Shown piece by piece: positions 62,501-64,000 of a DNA stretch of 64,000 bases (its first letter is position 1; the number at the start of each line of letters is the position of its first letter). The notes beneath the pieces are model-generated. The model did not search any database and was not told the DNA's origin. It worked only from the letters and a program-made list of their open reading frames with translations. The stretch comes from Heptranchias perlo (taxonomy: Eukaryota). Made by a program: the position numbers and the translations under genes. The stretch spans positions 24,614,001 to 24,678,000 of the forward strand of contig NC_090354.1 in NCBI RefSeq assembly GCF_035084215.1, given 5' to 3'.

Positions 62501-63475
62501 TTTTAACTTCCTCCCTCGATCCTGAAACTCTGACCGCAGGACCTCATCCCCTTTCTCTCCTTTGTTGTTGGAACCCACACACGGACCATGACTTCTGGCT
62601 GTTTCTATTCCCCCGACAGAATCTTCTGCACCCACTCCATGATGTCCTTCCTGGTACCAGGGAGGCAACACAACATGTGGGACTCAAGTCGGCGATCACA
62701 GAAACGACCGTCTGTCCCTTTGACTATCGAATCCCCGATGACTACTGCAGTTCTACACTTCACTCTGCCCCACTGTGCAATCCTTTGCCCCATGGTGCCA
62801 CGCTCAGGACTGCACTCCTTTGAGGTGCTGTCACCCTCACTGGGATTCAATGCTGAATTGAATACCAGTGAGAGTGCCACACACCCAGAAGATTCTTGCA
62901 CTGCCTGCCTCTTCCTATCAGTTCGGTCGGCCACCCACTTGCTATCCTGAACTCTCTGTACCTGCAGAGTTACCACCTGCTGCAATGTACGATCCATGAA
63001 ACCTTCAGCCTTCCTTATGCTCTGCAGTGACTCCAGCTGCCCCTCAATCTCAGAAACCCTCAGCTTAAGCTCGAGAAACTAGAGGCATTTCCTGCACGTG
63101 TGGCCCTCAAGGATACATGAAGCATCCTGAAACTCCAACACGGCACAGGGATTGCAGGCAATGAGTCTCAACTGTCAGTCCATTATATTTAGAAAGCTTC
63201 ATTTTGCAAACTCCCTTTGGATACTTGCTTATTGTTAATTTACTTATTGTTTACTTATCCCAATTAACCTACCCTTAATCCGTGGTCACTCAGAGCTCCT
63301 CCTCTCTGTTCACTGTGACGTCACTGTGATGTCACTCCCTCTGTTCTTCATGAATGGGAAAGGGTTCCTCCCCTGGTGCTCAGCACCGCTTATCACAACT
63401 CTGCTCCGCTCCTGCTTTTGCACTGATACCTGGGGCTCCTCCCATGGTGCTCAGCACCTCTTCTTCTGACTGAGT
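59596..63475 (-). mobile_element. Near full-length decayed CR1, unit 4
   Basis: Duplicate of 15445-19320. Confidence 0.88.
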
Positions 63476-64000
63476 TATTCATCTATTTGGAGATAATGGG
63501 GGGAAAATTGGATAAGGGCCGTTTTTGGGTGCAAGTAGTGCGATGCGCTATTACCCCACCCCCAATGACCCCTGAGCAGGCAGGACGTAAGTTTCTGCCG
63601 GCCGGAGGACTCACCTGCAATCAACGTTCCATTCCGGGCCTTGGACCTGCAATCAATGCAATTTGCATTTTCCACCACTGGGGCGAGCTCAATCTCTTAA
63701 AGGGAGGATGTTTCTTCGAAATCTCTGAAAGTAGTTGGTATCTGTTATTTGCTGAAAATAACAGTCTGCTGTCTGCATGGAGTCTGAACAGAGTTCAGAG
63801 GTCGCACACATAAAATACAGGTGCAGGTCCCATCCTTATGTTTGCACACTGTAAGTTATGTTAAAACATTGAATAAAAGTTGGGCACAACTAAATCCAAC
63901 ATCCTAAGATCTGCACTTCGGACCTCACCAATCTGCCAATCTGAGTTGGTACCAGGCCTGCAAGAATGCGTGCACCAAGGTTCTCTGCTGATGCACTAGA

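Larger units (their letters stand above)
51405..64000 (+). repeat. Tandem duplication unit 4 (truncated by window end)
   Basis: Colinear copy running to the Harbinger-like remnant at the window edge. Confidence 0.95.

Overview
Vertebrate genomic DNA, most likely from a cartilaginous fish (inferred from the CR1/L2/Penelope/SINE content and the IFN exon layout). The window is a tandem array of intron-containing type I interferon genes, all on the + strand. It holds the 3' half of a divergent paralog (copy 0, exons at 1228-1467 and 1565-1663) and four near-identical complete genes (copies 1-4) in ~14.5-15.1 kb units starting at ~7243, ~21744, ~36345 and ~51405; the last unit is cut by the window end. 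Each complete gene has 4 coding exons (132+90+240+99 nt, all phase-0 GT-AG) giving a 186-aa precursor with a signal peptide, 4 mature cysteines and a CAWE motif. The ORF track misses these genes because they are spliced. Notable points: (1) every unit carries a second, splice-donor-dead copy of exon 1 inside intron 1; (2) copies 1-4 are very cationic, while copy 0 has lost much of that charge in exon 3 and has an N-glycosylation sequon; (3) the units are sequence mosaics; (4) the promoter has IRF and NF-kB-like sites in two clusters; (5) a Penelope-like insertion with a hammerhead-ribozyme-like core duplicated the poly(A) signal of copy 0; (6) a young CR1 inserted after the array expanded. The rest is decayed CR1/L2 LINE, SINE and Harbinger-like sequence.
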